DNA of 36,816 nt from Thermodesulfobacteriota bacterium (GCA_040755455.1 JBFMAY010000043.1:1-36816); one strand, 5' to 3'; positions 1 through 10,209 are shown, counted from the stretch's first letter. Notes: a model not told the origin generated them from the letters alone. A program made the numbers and translations.

Positions 1-137
1 CTCGAAGGCCCTTGATAGGCGGAGCGTGAGCGGAGCCTGTCAAGGAGCGTTCGAGCGAAGCGCAACAGCCGACGATAAGCTGACTGTGGGCGTAGCGCAG
101 CGGAGCTCACGGTCAGCTTATCAGTGTGGTTCTGTGC
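1..137. repeat. Two adjacent GC-rich imperfect hairpins; possible attC-like or REP-like element truncated at window start
   Basis: CTCGAA..TTCGAG encloses CCTTGATAGGC/GCCTGTCAAGG (1-55). GATAAGCTGAC..GTCAGCTTATC spans about 74-122. GCGAAGCG/GCGTAGCG-type motifs are present and the element ends in GTTCTGTG. The hairpins are seen directly; the identity is inference. Confidence 0.4.
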
Positions 138-286
138 TGTTGGGTCAATTATGTTGAATAAATATTTTCAACCATGTTATATAAAATATGAGCTTTCAAC
201 GTGTTGCCTTTGATAACGTTGAAGTGCTATAGATTTTTTCGTGGAAAAGTTTTTCAACCAGAACAAATAAATGTGACGAGGGCGCT

Positions 287-1489
287 ATGCGTCAAATGAT
301 ATTTGTGGTGCTGGCGTTTTTTTTAGCTGGATTTTCTAGTCTTTATAATCCTGCCAATGTATATCCCGAGAATCCAGCCGAAAATATTGAACAATCTGAT
401 ACGCAATTCAACCTTGGGCTCAAGTATGCCAAAGGTGAAGGCGTACCGCAGGACTATGTAGAAGCGGCCAAATGGTTCCGCAAGGCGGCTGAACAGGGCC
501 ATGCAACTGCCCAGTACAAGCTTGGGCTCATGTATGCAAAAGGTGAAGGCGTGCCGCAGGATAATGTGGAAGCTGCCAAGTGGAACCGTAAGGCGGCTGA
601 GCAAGGAGATGTCTCAGCCCAGTTTTATCTTGGACTCATCTATACCATAGGTAAAGGCGTACCACAGGATCATGCAGAGGCGGCCAAATGGTACCGTAAG
701 GCGGCTGAGCAGGGAGAGCCATCAGCCCAGTACAGCCTTGGGCTCATGCATGACAACCAAGGTAAAAGCTCCCCGCAGGACTATACGGAAGCTGCCAAGT
801 GGTACCGTAAGGCGGCTGAGCAGGGAGAGTCATCAACCCACTACAGTCTTGGGCTCATGTATGCCAATCGAGATAAAGACGTACCCCAGGATTATGCGGA
901 AGCATCCAAGTGGTTTCGCAAAGCGGCTGAGCAAGGAGATGCATCAGCCCAGTTTTATCTAGGGGTTATCTATAACATAGGTAAAGGCGTACCGCAGGAC
1001 TATACAGAGGCGGTCAAGTGGTACCGTAAGGCGGCTGGACAGGGAAATGCAGAAGCTCAGTACAGTCTTGGGCTCATGTATGACAAAGGTGATGGTGTAT
1101 CGCAGAACTATGCTGAAGCTGCCAAATGGTACCGTAAGGCGGCAGAACAGGGCAATGCCGATGCTCAATATAAACTTGGTTACATGTGTTACAACGGCCA
1201 GGGAGTTGCCCAAGATTACGCCGAAGCGGTAAAATGGTCGAGAAAGGCAGCTGAACAGGGTCACGTCAAGGCCCAAACTTATCTTGGCGTGTTATATGGC
1301 CTGGGTGAGGGCATTCCCCAAGACTACATTTCTGCGTATGCTTGGAGCAACGTGGCTGCTGCCAAAGGGAGTGTAAATGCCCAAAAATTTAGGGACGAGG
1401 TAGCAAAACAGATGACCCCGCAACAGGTAGCCGAAGGACAGAAGTTGTCGCGGGAGCTGTTCGAAAAATATAGGGGATCAATAAATTAA
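287..1489 (+). CDS. Secreted Sel1-repeat (TPR-like) protein
   Basis: Hydrophobic N-terminal signal, then about 9-10 repeats of 36-37 aa (AQYxLGxMYxxGxGVPQDYxEAxKWYRKAAEQG) and a typical MTPQQVAEGQKL C-terminal cap. Confidence 0.95.
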   Translation: MRQMIFVVLAFFLAGFSSLYNPANVYPENPAENIEQSDTQFNLGLKYAKGEGVPQDYVEAAKWFRKAAEQGHATAQYKLGLMYAKGEGVPQDNVEAAKWNRKAAEQGDVSAQFYLGLIYTIGKGVPQDHAEAAKWYRKAAEQGEPSAQYSLGLMHDNQGKSSPQDYTEAAKWYRKAAEQGESSTHYSLGLMYANRDKDVPQDYAEASKWFRKAAEQGDASAQFYLGVIYNIGKGVPQDYTEAVKWYRKAAGQGNAEAQYSLGLMYDKGDGVSQNYAEAAKWYRKAAEQGNADAQYKLGYMCYNGQGVAQDYAEAVKWSRKAAEQGHVKAQTYLGVLYGLGEGIPQDYISAYAWSNVAAAKGSVNAQKFRDEVAKQMTPQQVAEGQKLSRELFEKYRGSIN

Positions 1490-1869
1490 TAAGTTTTTTG
1501 GCCGTCAGGCATCCTCGTTTTTTCTCTGTCTGCCTATTTTCCCGCCTGGTTGCGGGCTTCCCTGACCAATAACCCTTTCCCGCCGTACTGACTGCAGCTT
1601 GTTTGTTGCGGAACAGGAGACGAAGTAATTGGGTATCCGCGAATTTTTCCCGAAGCCCTTTCCCCAACGAAGCTGAGCCAGGCAATCCGCTGCCCCCTCA
1701 AGGGCAGGCAACGTCCTGACAGATGCAAATATTACTTTGACATTTCACAAACTTTTCTGTAGTTTCTTAACTGATAACTTATTAATTTCCATAAATAATC
1801 TTTATACCCGACCTTTCCGGATCACTGGCCAGCCGAGCCCTGTGCCGCCTGCGCCGGGAAGAAATAACG

Positions 1870-3429
1870 ATGACAAAAAAAACAACACAGCACAGAACGA
1901 AAAACTCGCCCCCGGCCCCCTTTGCAACGTCCATGATTGAAGGACCTATTTTTGGCCTGAATATCATCAAGGATGGTAAACCATTAAGTTTTGACGGTTC
2001 CAGTGCAAAAAAAACCACGCCCGGCAAAACAAGACCGGAAAGGGCGAGGCAGATGCCGCCCATGCCCGCCCCTGCCGAGGAAGAGCAGGTAACGGAAGAG
2101 CGGATAATAGAAGAGCGGGCAGTCCCTGACGATTCGTGGGACATCTCGCAGTTTGACGTGCCTCCTGTGGAGGGCAGAGTGAGGTTCCATGATTTTGCTA
2201 TCCCGCCAAGCATCATGCACGGCCTGGCCGACCTTTCCTTCAAGTACTGCACTCCCATTCAGTCGGCGGTTATCGAACATACCTTGAGCGGCGGGGATGC
2301 AACCGGCCGGGCCCAGACAGGCACGGGCAAGACAGCGGCTTTTCTGATCACCGTCCTTACCCGGCTGCTGCGCGACCCGAAAAAAATCAAGAAAACGGCC
2401 AGCCCCAGGGCCCTCATTATCGCTCCCACCCGGGAGCTGGTGCTGCAGATTGCCGATGACTGCGATGTTCTCAGCCGCCATACAGGGCTGAACATCGTCG
2501 CTGTTTACGGCGGCATGGATTACCAGAAGCAGCTTGCCAGGCTTGTCGGCCGGCAGGTGGACATCGTGGTGGCCACCCCGGGCCGGCTGCTCGATTTCCA
2601 GCGCCAGCAGGCCATCCATCTCGGCCAGGTGGAGATCTTTGTTATTGATGAGGCGGACCGCATGCTTGATATGGGGTTCATTCCCGATGTCAGACACATC
2701 ATCTACAGTCTGCCGCCCAAAACGAAAAGACAGACCCTGCTCTTCAGTGCCACCCTGACGCCGGAAGTAACCAGTCTCTCTTCCCAGTGGACAAAAGATC
2801 CGGTAATCGTTGAGATCGAACCGGAACATGTGACGGTTGATAATGTGGAAGAGATTGTCTATCTGATCACCGCCGAGCAAAAATTCGCCCTTCTCTTCAA
2901 CATTATCCACCTGCAGAACTTGGAGCGGGTTATTATCTTCGGCAACCGCCGGGACGAGACACGAAAACTTACCGACATGCTCAAACAATGCAACATTAAA
3001 TGCGAACTTCTTTCAGGAGATGTTGATCAGAAGAAAAGGATGCAGACCCTGGAAAACTTCAAGGCCGGCAAGTTCCGGGCTCTGGTTGCCACCGATGTGG
3101 CGGGCAGAGGAATTCATATTGAAGACGTGAGCCATGTCATCAACTACACCCTGCCCTATGACCCGGAGGATTATGTGCATCGGATCGGCAGAACGGCCAG
3201 GGCCGGCAAAAGCGGGACGTCGATCAGTTTTGCCAGTGAGGAAGACTCATTTTACATCCCTGACATTGAGGAATACATCGGTCACAAGCTTCAATGCAAG
3301 CATCCTGAAGAGGAGTGGCTGAAACTGCCCGAGACCATCGATGCGTCGAAGTTGAAGACCAGCCGGCCAAAAAACAGATCCAAAACATTTCGCCCGAAAT
3401 CCCGCGGCAGAAACGACCGGAAAAGATAA
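1870..3429 (+). CDS. rhlB: DEAD-box ATP-dependent RNA helicase (RhlB-like)
   Basis: Motifs TPIQ, AQTGTGKT, PTRELVLQ, TPGRL, DEAD, SAT, GRGIHI and HRIGRTAR, plus a basic C-terminal tail. The subfamily assignment is less certain than the family. Confidence 0.9.
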   Translation: MTKKTTQHRTKNSPPAPFATSMIEGPIFGLNIIKDGKPLSFDGSSAKKTTPGKTRPERARQMPPMPAPAEEEQVTEERIIEERAVPDDSWDISQFDVPPVEGRVRFHDFAIPPSIMHGLADLSFKYCTPIQSAVIEHTLSGGDATGRAQTGTGKTAAFLITVLTRLLRDPKKIKKTASPRALIIAPTRELVLQIADDCDVLSRHTGLNIVAVYGGMDYQKQLARLVGRQVDIVVATPGRLLDFQRQQAIHLGQVEIFVIDEADRMLDMGFIPDVRHIIYSLPPKTKRQTLLFSATLTPEVTSLSSQWTKDPVIVEIEPEHVTVDNVEEIVYLITAEQKFALLFNIIHLQNLERVIIFGNRRDETRKLTDMLKQCNIKCELLSGDVDQKKRMQTLENFKAGKFRALVATDVAGRGIHIEDVSHVINYTLPYDPEDYVHRIGRTARAGKSGTSISFASEEDSFYIPDIEEYIGHKLQCKHPEEEWLKLPETIDASKLKTSRPKNRSKTFRPKSRGRNDRKR

Positions 3430-3478
3430 TTTCCCGGAACAGGACAATGCGGCCGGTCAGCCGGACGGCGCAGCACTC

Positions 3479-3862
3479 TCATTCCGCCAGGGGCAGAACC
3501 ATTTCAATGAGGCGGTCAAAATCCACCGGCTTGGGGATAAAGCCATCCATGCCGACGTTACCGCATTGCACTTGAAAATCCTTATAGGTGCAGCCTGAGA
3601 TGGCAAAAATGGGGGTATAGGCCCGCCCCTCATCCTTTTCCCGGCGGCGGATGATGCGGGTGGCCTCCAGTCCGTCTATTTCCGGCATCTTGATATCCAT
3701 CAGAATGGCGGCAAAATCATGCCGCTCCCATTTCTCAATGGCTTCTTTGCCGTTCACGGCCTCTTCAACCGGCAGCTCATGAATGTTGAAAAACTCCTTC
3801 AAGAAAAAACGAATCAATTTCTCATCGTCAACCACTAAAAATCGTTTTTTCGTACTTATCAC
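3479..3862 (-). CDS. Single-domain response regulator (CheY-like receiver)
   Basis: Receiver motifs LVVDDE, ILMDIKMPEIDG and FIPKP. Confidence 0.9.
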   Translation of the reverse strand: MISTKKRFLVVDDEKLIRFFLKEFFNIHELPVEEAVNGKEAIEKWERHDFAAILMDIKMPEIDGLEATRIIRRREKDEGRAYTPIFAISGCTYKDFQVQCGNVGMDGFIPKPVDFDRLIEMVLPLAE

Positions 3863-4328
3863 TTTGGGATCCCCGCATGGTCGGCATTTATCAGCAGCAA
3901 CTTTTCAAATGCACATCTATGAATGTTTGACTTTCGCTTGGAAAATACGACGTTATCCGGGTTATTTCAAGCAAAATATCTGCATCAAATTGTTATTACT
4001 GCATAAGAAAAAAAAAGGCAATGCTGGTTATCACATCAAACGGAAACCATATCCTTCTACTACGGTTTGTTTGGGAACACCAGAACTCCTGAGCTCGCAT
4101 GTCATTGCAATGAGTTGTACAACGCTCGCAGCGTTCTGACCTGATACCAGCAATCTGCCGGGACCCGCTTGTCGGCATTCAGGCAACTGGCCGGTCATTT
4201 TGCCGCAGTGCAATAAATGTGATGACAACGCGTTGCCGGGATTGATAAGGTGCGGAACACAGCACCGCAGCCTGCTCCTGAAAATAATCAGGGGGCGAAG
4301 CTTTTATGAAGTGAGGGAGGAGAGGCCC

Positions 4329-5993
4329 ATGGACAACCGCCATCATTTTCTCAAACGTTACCGGACGATAATTGTTTTCTGCATTGCCTTAGCTGTCGCG
4401 CCGCAGACCAGCCTGGCCGAACCCGACATGGACATTGACATGATCACCAGCTCCCGGGAAAGCTGTGAAGAGTGCCATGCAAAGACAACCCCCCGCATCT
4501 ACCGGGAACACATGGAGGGTGAGCACGGCAGGATCGGCGTCAGCTGCGCCGACTGTCACGGCAATGATCACCGGGCCATGCTTCCGGCCACGGCCCGGTT
4601 CGCCTGTGAACAGTGCCATCCGGACGAGACCCTGCAGTTTCTGGCCAGCGGCCACAGCAGATCCTGGGAGAACATGCAGGCCAACCCCAGATACGGCAGA
4701 CAGCTGGAGGTGGTCAGACGGCAGGGCTGCGCGGCATGTCACGTCATCGGTTATGGCGAGGATGACGGCCGGTGCGACTTCTGCCATACCAAGCACAGTT
4801 TTTCCAAGAAAGAAGCCGCTGACCCGCAATCATGTTACACCTGCCACATGGGCCCCGATCATCCGCAGATGGAGGCTTACCGCCAGTCCGCTCATCACTT
4901 CACCCCCGCCACCTGCGCCGGTTGCCACCTGCCGGAGCACAATCATAATGCCAGTGAAAACCTCGACCGCTTGAGCGCCGGCTATATCGAATCCGAATGT
5001 AAAAAATGCCACGATGAGGCCTTCAACCAGCAATGGATGATGGGGGCGGTCATCCTCGAGGAGCAGGGCAGGCAACTGCTGGCCAACGGACGGCGGATCA
5101 TTACCGTCCTGAGCGACAAAGGCCGTCTCTATCCCGATCCCCGTGCGCGGGCAGGCTCGCCGGAGCAAGGGCCGGAGCTTGGCGCCCATCAGCTCTATGA
5201 GGACACCTCACGGGCGGAAAAGCTTTATTTTGAGATGCAGAAATATCTACAGGTGCATCTCGTCCAGGGCGCCTATCACCAGGATTTCAAGATGGCTGCT
5301 TATCAAGGGCTGATACCGTTGCAGAAATACCTGGAGGAACTGCAAGCCGAAGCCCTGCTGCTGCAGGAACTCGCCGCGGAAAAGGTGCAGTTGACGCCGA
5401 TCACGGGACCTGTTCCCGCCGCGGATGCCGGCGACCTCTACCGACTCACCTACGAATCGTCCTTTCACGGCGTACTGACCAACGACCGGGAAAAACCGTC
5501 CTGTGAAACATGCCATGCCACCGGAGAATATCGCAAGCCGGGGACAGCGGCCTGGGCGCCGGTCTGCGGGTGCTGTCATGGGACGGCACATGTTGAAAAT
5601 TTTCTCCGTGATTTTGATGGGATAAAAAATCATGCCGAGGCATTGAGGCGGTCGGCGGAGGAGACGGTGGAAAAACTGATCAGCAAAAAAATCATTGCCA
5701 GGGACCCATCCGGCAACCTGCAGCTGCTGGATGATTATAAACAGAACCAGGGAGTGGCGGAGGTTCTGCTGGCACGGCTGGCCTACTATCTGGATGATCT
5801 TGACCGCAGCTGCAAAACCATGACCATCGGCGTGGCCCATGCGAACCCGGATTACAGCCACTGGTACGGCAATGCCCCGGCCAAGAGCGATCTGATCGAG
5901 ATCAGGGACGCTGCCGCCAAACTGATGAGAATGAACAAAGTCTATCTGGGTGACTCCTGGCCGCCCATCGGCCCCCTGCCTCAGGAATCTTAG
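4329..5993 (+). CDS. Periplasmic multiheme cytochrome c, hydroxylamine oxidoreductase (HAO)-like family, 10 CxxCH motifs
   Basis: CxxCH motifs: CEECH, CADCH, CEQCH, CAACH, CDFCH, CYTCH, CAGCH, CKKCH, CETCH, CGCCH. HAO-family signatures CDFCHTKHSFS and CHMGPDHPQ. ATG at 4329 follows a GGAGG RBS and a signal peptide. Confidence 0.9.
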   Translation: MDNRHHFLKRYRTIIVFCIALAVAPQTSLAEPDMDIDMITSSRESCEECHAKTTPRIYREHMEGEHGRIGVSCADCHGNDHRAMLPATARFACEQCHPDETLQFLASGHSRSWENMQANPRYGRQLEVVRRQGCAACHVIGYGEDDGRCDFCHTKHSFSKKEAADPQSCYTCHMGPDHPQMEAYRQSAHHFTPATCAGCHLPEHNHNASENLDRLSAGYIESECKKCHDEAFNQQWMMGAVILEEQGRQLLANGRRIITVLSDKGRLYPDPRARAGSPEQGPELGAHQLYEDTSRAEKLYFEMQKYLQVHLVQGAYHQDFKMAAYQGLIPLQKYLEELQAEALLLQELAAEKVQLTPITGPVPAADAGDLYRLTYESSFHGVLTNDREKPSCETCHATGEYRKPGTAAWAPVCGCCHGTAHVENFLRDFDGIKNHAEALRRSAEETVEKLISKKIIARDPSGNLQLLDDYKQNQGVAEVLLARLAYYLDDLDRSCKTMTIGVAHANPDYSHWYGNAPAKSDLIEIRDAAAKLMRMNKVYLGDSWPPIGPLPQES

Positions 5994-6053
5994 CCGGTCA
6001 GCCCGGCGGGCGGAGATTAACCCCCAGGGGGCAGCAGGGTTGGCGGGGAGAAC

Positions 6054-7076
6054 TTACCCGGGGGGAAGCAGGGTAATACTCGTTACCGGAAATCGCAGGG
6101 TTACCTGTTGACCCGGCAGCCACTTGTTTTTCTGCAGCAGGTCGTCGGCGAGGTTGACCAGGAAAAGCTGATCGCCGCAGAGCACCTGGGCGCAGAGCTT
6201 GCCGGCGGTGTTTTCCAGAAAGATACCCCGGATCACCCCCTGCAGCTGATTGCTCCCCTCCCCGGCCGGGCCGCTGCCCCAGAAAACAATTTCCTCAGCG
6301 GAGATGGCTGCACTGCCGTCCGGCATCGGACGGGCCGGCAGATAAACCAGCTGGTCGTCGGCAAGTCTTTTCGCGCTCCGGCCGTCCTGGCAATCCTGCC
6401 AGGGGCCGTAGAGGACATTTTCCAGACCGCCATCAAGAAGAAGACCGTTATGGAGAAAAAGGAGACGGTCACAGATGCCGTGCAGCCAGTAGCGGTTGTG
6501 GCTGGCAATAACCAGGGTCGTACCCCATTCCCTGCGGGCCAGCATGATCGCCTGGCGTATTTTCCCGGCGCTCTGCGCATCCACGCTGGCAGTCGGTTCA
6601 TCAAGCAGCAGGCAGGCCGGTTTCAGGGCCAGTCTGGCGGCAAGCGCCACCCGCTGGGCCTCGCCGCCGGAAAGCTCAAACCATTGCCGACCGGCAAATG
6701 ACGCCGGCAGCCCGACCAGTTCCAATGCCCCGGAGACATCCCCGGCCAGGCCGTTTTTCTCACCCCGCAGCCTTAACCCATAGGCAATATTGTCAAAAAC
6801 CGAACGTTTCAGCAAATAAGGCTCCTGGGTGAGCAGCGAGACCCGGGAACGCACCTCGCTGGCAAATGGCTGGGCCGGCCGGCCACGGAAACAGATCTCG
6901 CCGGACCGGCATTTTTCCATGAAGGACATCAGTTTCAGGAGGGTCGTCTTGCCGCTGCCGTTTGGGCCGGAAAGTCCTGTGATTGATCCTTCCCGGATTT
7001 CCAGATGTGGGATGCGCAGCACGAATGGGCCGTTATAGGCATGGCTGACCTGGCGTAATTCGAGGATATTGCTCAT
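6054..7076 (-). CDS. tupC: Tungstate ABC transporter ATP-binding protein
   Basis: GPNGSGKT, LSGGEAQR and LLDEPT motifs. The start MSNILEL overlaps the tupB stop (ATGA). Confidence 0.85.
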   Translation of the reverse strand: MSNILELRQVSHAYNGPFVLRIPHLEIREGSITGLSGPNGSGKTTLLKLMSFMEKCRSGEICFRGRPAQPFASEVRSRVSLLTQEPYLLKRSVFDNIAYGLRLRGEKNGLAGDVSGALELVGLPASFAGRQWFELSGGEAQRVALAARLALKPACLLLDEPTASVDAQSAGKIRQAIMLARREWGTTLVIASHNRYWLHGICDRLLFLHNGLLLDGGLENVLYGPWQDCQDGRSAKRLADDQLVYLPARPMPDGSAAISAEEIVFWGSGPAGEGSNQLQGVIRGIFLENTAGKLCAQVLCGDQLFLVNLADDLLQKNKWLPGQQVTLRFPVTSITLLPPG

Positions 7077-7768
7077 CCCATCCCTCTCCTGCGCAGAAAG
7101 GACAAGGAAAAGTTGACGGCAAAGGCCATGGCCAGCAGCACGAGCCCCAGGGCGATGCCCATGGCGAACTGGCCCTTGTTGGTCTCCAGGGCAATGGCCG
7201 TGGTGATGGTCCGGGTATGCCACTTGATGTTGCCGCCGACCATCATGGAAATACCGACCTCGGTGAGCACCCGGCCGCTGGCGGTGACGGCGGCGGCAAG
7301 AATGCCGAAGCGCGCCTCCCAGAGGCTGGAGAGAAACAGCGCTTTTCTTGAGGCGCCAAGGGACATGAGTGTCAGCCGCAGAGAGCGGTCAAGACCTTCC
7401 ACGGCTGAGGCGGTCAGGGCGATGACCACCGGCAGGGCCAGGATTGTCTGGCCGATGGCGATGCCCTTGATGGTGAAGAGCATCCCCCAGTCTCCCAGCG
7501 GGCCGCGTTGGGAAAGAAAGGCGTAAACGAGCAGGCCGATGAAGACGGTGGGCAGGGCCAGCAGTGTATCCACCACCATCCGGATGGCCCTCCTGCCCGG
7601 AAAGGCAAAGAAACCAAGAAGATAACCAAAGGGTATGCCGATGAACAGGCTCGCGCCCATGGAGTAAAGGGAGGTTCTGATGGTGACGGAGATGGCGGAG
7701 TATGTCTCGCCATCTCCCTGCAGCAACAGCTCGATAGCCCTGATAAAACCTTGCACAATAAAGTCCAT
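7073..7768 (-). CDS. tupB: Tungstate ABC transporter permease
   Basis: Multiple TM segments; EVGISMMVGGNIKWHTRTITTAIALE motif typical of TupB. Confidence 0.9.
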   Translation of the reverse strand: MDFIVQGFIRAIELLLQGDGETYSAISVTIRTSLYSMGASLFIGIPFGYLLGFFAFPGRRAIRMVVDTLLALPTVFIGLLVYAFLSQRGPLGDWGMLFTIKGIAIGQTILALPVVIALTASAVEGLDRSLRLTLMSLGASRKALFLSSLWEARFGILAAAVTASGRVLTEVGISMMVGGNIKWHTRTITTAIALETNKGQFAMGIALGLVLLAMAFAVNFSLSFLRRRGMG

Positions 7769-7807
7769 TATTGTGCCCCCGACCCTGCCATGCCGTTGTC
7801 AATCCCC

Positions 7808-8647
7808 TTATTGTGCATTCGGTGTGAAAAGCTGCTTGCCCATGAGCAGAAAATCACCGATGGTTTGCTGGCCTTCCGGGCCGCCCATCCACTGGGAAAA
7901 CTGTCTGGCCAGGCCGTTTTTGACCTTGGGGCAGCGTTGCGGATTGACCTCGATGACGCTGTACTGGTTCAGGAGCTGCTCATCCTTTTCCACCAGGATC
8001 ACCAGCGGTGGATTGCCATTGTGGGATGCCTCGTATTTGATGTAGGTGCCACGGTCGGTCAGGGTGTAACCGTTGCGCTCAGCCGCGATATTGATGGTCG
8101 CCAGCATGCCCTGACCGGCCTGCACATACCACTCCTGCTTTTCAGGCAGCGGCTCCTCGCCTTTTTTCCACAGGGAAATCTCCATTTGATGGGTGCCGGA
8201 GTTGTCGCCGCGGCTGATAAAAAAGGCCTTCGCGCCGCGAATGGCGGATAGGGCCGCCATGAGGGGCTTGCCTTTGATGGCGGCAGGGTCGGCTGCCGGC
8301 CCGATGATGACGAAATCATTATACATGATTTGCCTACGGTTGATGCCGAAGCCCGCCTTGACAAACTCCAGTTCAGCATCCGGGGCGTGCACCAGCAGCG
8401 CATCGGCGTCACAGTTTTCGCCCAGTTTCAAGGCCTTGCCTGTGCCGGTGGCTACCCATTTGAACTCAATGCCCGTTTTCTCTTTGAATTTCGGCGCCAG
8501 GTAATCCAGCAAACCGGTATCGTCGGTGCTGGTTGTCGTGGCCAGCATGAACTCCTTATCGGCAGCCTGACAGTTGCCTGCGGAAAACATCATGGCCAGC
8601 AACAGACTCATGCACCAGGCCAACAGTCTGTCAAAAAAACTCTTCAC
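7808..8647 (-). CDS. tupA: Tungstate ABC transporter substrate-binding protein
   Basis: TTTS tungstate-binding motif, GTGKALKLGENCDAD and SRGDNSGTH. Likely GTG start at 8647 after GAGGAGG. Confidence 0.92.
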   Translation of the reverse strand: MKSFFDRLLAWCMSLLLAMMFSAGNCQAADKEFMLATTTSTDDTGLLDYLAPKFKEKTGIEFKWVATGTGKALKLGENCDADALLVHAPDAELEFVKAGFGINRRQIMYNDFVIIGPAADPAAIKGKPLMAALSAIRGAKAFFISRGDNSGTHQMEISLWKKGEEPLPEKQEWYVQAGQGMLATINIAAERNGYTLTDRGTYIKYEASHNGNPPLVILVEKDEQLLNQYSVIEVNPQRCPKVKNGLARQFSQWMGGPEGQQTIGDFLLMGKQLFTPNAQ

Positions 8648-8809
8648 TGCTCCACCCTCCTCAACTTTCATGAAAAAGACAGGGAAAGGGTGCCTGCGGC
8701 AGGAGCAGCAGGGACACATCCCGTATGGGTATGACTTTATTTTGTATCACATTCTGATCCGGTGACAAAATTATTTTTAGCAATCCATTGTTTACAGGAA
8801 AATGAAGCG

Positions 8810-9124
8810 CTATGGCCGGGGCGGGAAAAGCAGTATCTTATCCTGTTTCGACCAGTCAGCCTTCAGGGCCAGAAGCTGCTTGCGGATTTTCTGCCGGCAG
8901 ACCGGACAAAGAATAAAGGATATTTCCTCATAGACCTGGGCCGACAACTCTTCGGGCGAGCGGCCGGTCATGTTGGCGCAGGCCTCCCGGACGAGCTGTT
9001 CACCGTCCACTTCATCATCCGGGATATAGTTGTCAAAGCCGGAGATGATCTCCGTGCGGCAACGGTAAAAAAGACCTCCCGGTGCAATCGCGCAGCCGCA
9101 GCTGTTACAGATATGCTTTTTCAT
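8810..9124 (-). CDS. Small hypothetical protein with two CxxC pairs (possible Zn-binding)
   Basis: MKKHICNSCG...LCPVCR; co-directional with neighbouring genes. Confidence 0.65.
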   Translation of the reverse strand: MKKHICNSCGCAIAPGGLFYRCRTEIISGFDNYIPDDEVDGEQLVREACANMTGRSPEELSAQVYEEISFILCPVCRQKIRKQLLALKADWSKQDKILLFPPRP

Positions 9125-9180
9125 TTTTAATCCGCCTAACAGTGGAGACGACAGCAAGAACCGACGCCGCCCCTCAGGTT

Positions 9181-10209
9181 TTATTCAGCAAGCTCCCTGA
9201 TCGTTGCGGTCAGGCCGTTTACCAGCCGGCCCATGCGCTCATAGTCAAGTTTTTCAGGCGTATCCCCACGGGTGTGATAATCTTCGGAGCGGAAAAACGC
9301 GGTATCGGTCACCATCAGGGCAGGATACCCTTCCTGCCAGAAGGACCAGTGATCCGACCAGCCGATGCCGGTAATAAAGCCCGGTGCGGCAATGCCTTCA
9401 GAGGGTAACCGGGCATGATGACGAAATGCCCCGATAATATGGCGTACCAGCAGGCGGGACTGGTAGTTGCCGACAAAAGCAATGAAATCCGCCGTTTTCG
9501 GATAAAAAAGGGAAAAGGGAAAAGGGTAGCGCTGACTGCCCGGTTCAAGCTTATAACAGCCGATTGTCTCCAGGGAAAGCATGGCCACGATCTTTTCTCC
9601 CCGGCTGTGGGCCCGGTGGGCGTATTGGCGGCTGCCCATGTCCCATGAGTAGTAAAACGGCGGCTCCTCGTTGGCGAAAAACACCAGGCGGATGGTGCGC
9701 TGCGGCCGGGACTCGGCCAGCAGTCTGGCAATTTCCAGCAGGGCCGCCACCCCGGAGCCATTGTCGTTGGCGCCGGGACTGCCTTCAACGCTGTCGTAAT
9801 GGGCGCCGATGACGATGATCTCTCCGGCCTGCCGGGTGCCGGGAATCTCCACCTCCAGGTTGACCACCGGGACATCGTAGGAGTCAAATTTCTGCTGGTG
9901 TACGGCATAGCCCAGGTCATGCAGCACCTTTTCCAGGTATCCTATGGTGCTGCGCATGGAGTCGGGACGCCAGATATTGCGCGAACCAATGTCCCGGGCC
10001 AGAACAACAGTATGCTTTTCCAGCAAACGGGCGGAAGTGCCCTCGTCCGCGGTCAGCGGCGGGGGCGGCCCGGTGAAAGAGGAACCCGGCATCCGGGTGA
10101 AGGCAAGAAGCCCTGCCCGAAAAACCAGGCCAAGTAGGAAAAGCAGGCCAAGCGCCCAGAGCCATTGCCCTATTCCCCATGGATGCCATGCGAGTTTGAA
10201 GGGAACCAA
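9181..10209 (-). CDS. M28 family metallopeptidase
   Basis: GAHYDS, PGANDNGSG, FANEEPP, SDHWSF and YHT motifs; N-terminal TM segment. Exact start uncertain. Confidence 0.9.
   Translation of the reverse strand: MVPFKLAWHPWGIGQWLWALGLLFLLGLVFRAGLLAFTRMPGSSFTGPPPPLTADEGTSARLLEKHTVVLARDIGSRNIWRPDSMRSTIGYLEKVLHDLGYAVHQQKFDSYDVPVVNLEVEIPGTRQAGEIIVIGAHYDSVEGSPGANDNGSGVAALLEIARLLAESRPQRTIRLVFFANEEPPFYYSWDMGSRQYAHRAHSRGEKIVAMLSLETIGCYKLEPGSQRYPFPFSLFYPKTADFIAFVGNYQSRLLVRHIIGAFRHHARLPSEGIAAPGFITGIGWSDHWSFWQEGYPALMVTDTAFFRSEDYHTRGDTPEKLDYERMGRLVNGLTATIRELAE

Noticed and set aside
8650..8760. Moco/tungsten riboswitch or ModE/TunR box upstream of tupA
   Set aside because: A hairpin and a loose repeat exist, but I see no recognisable consensus.
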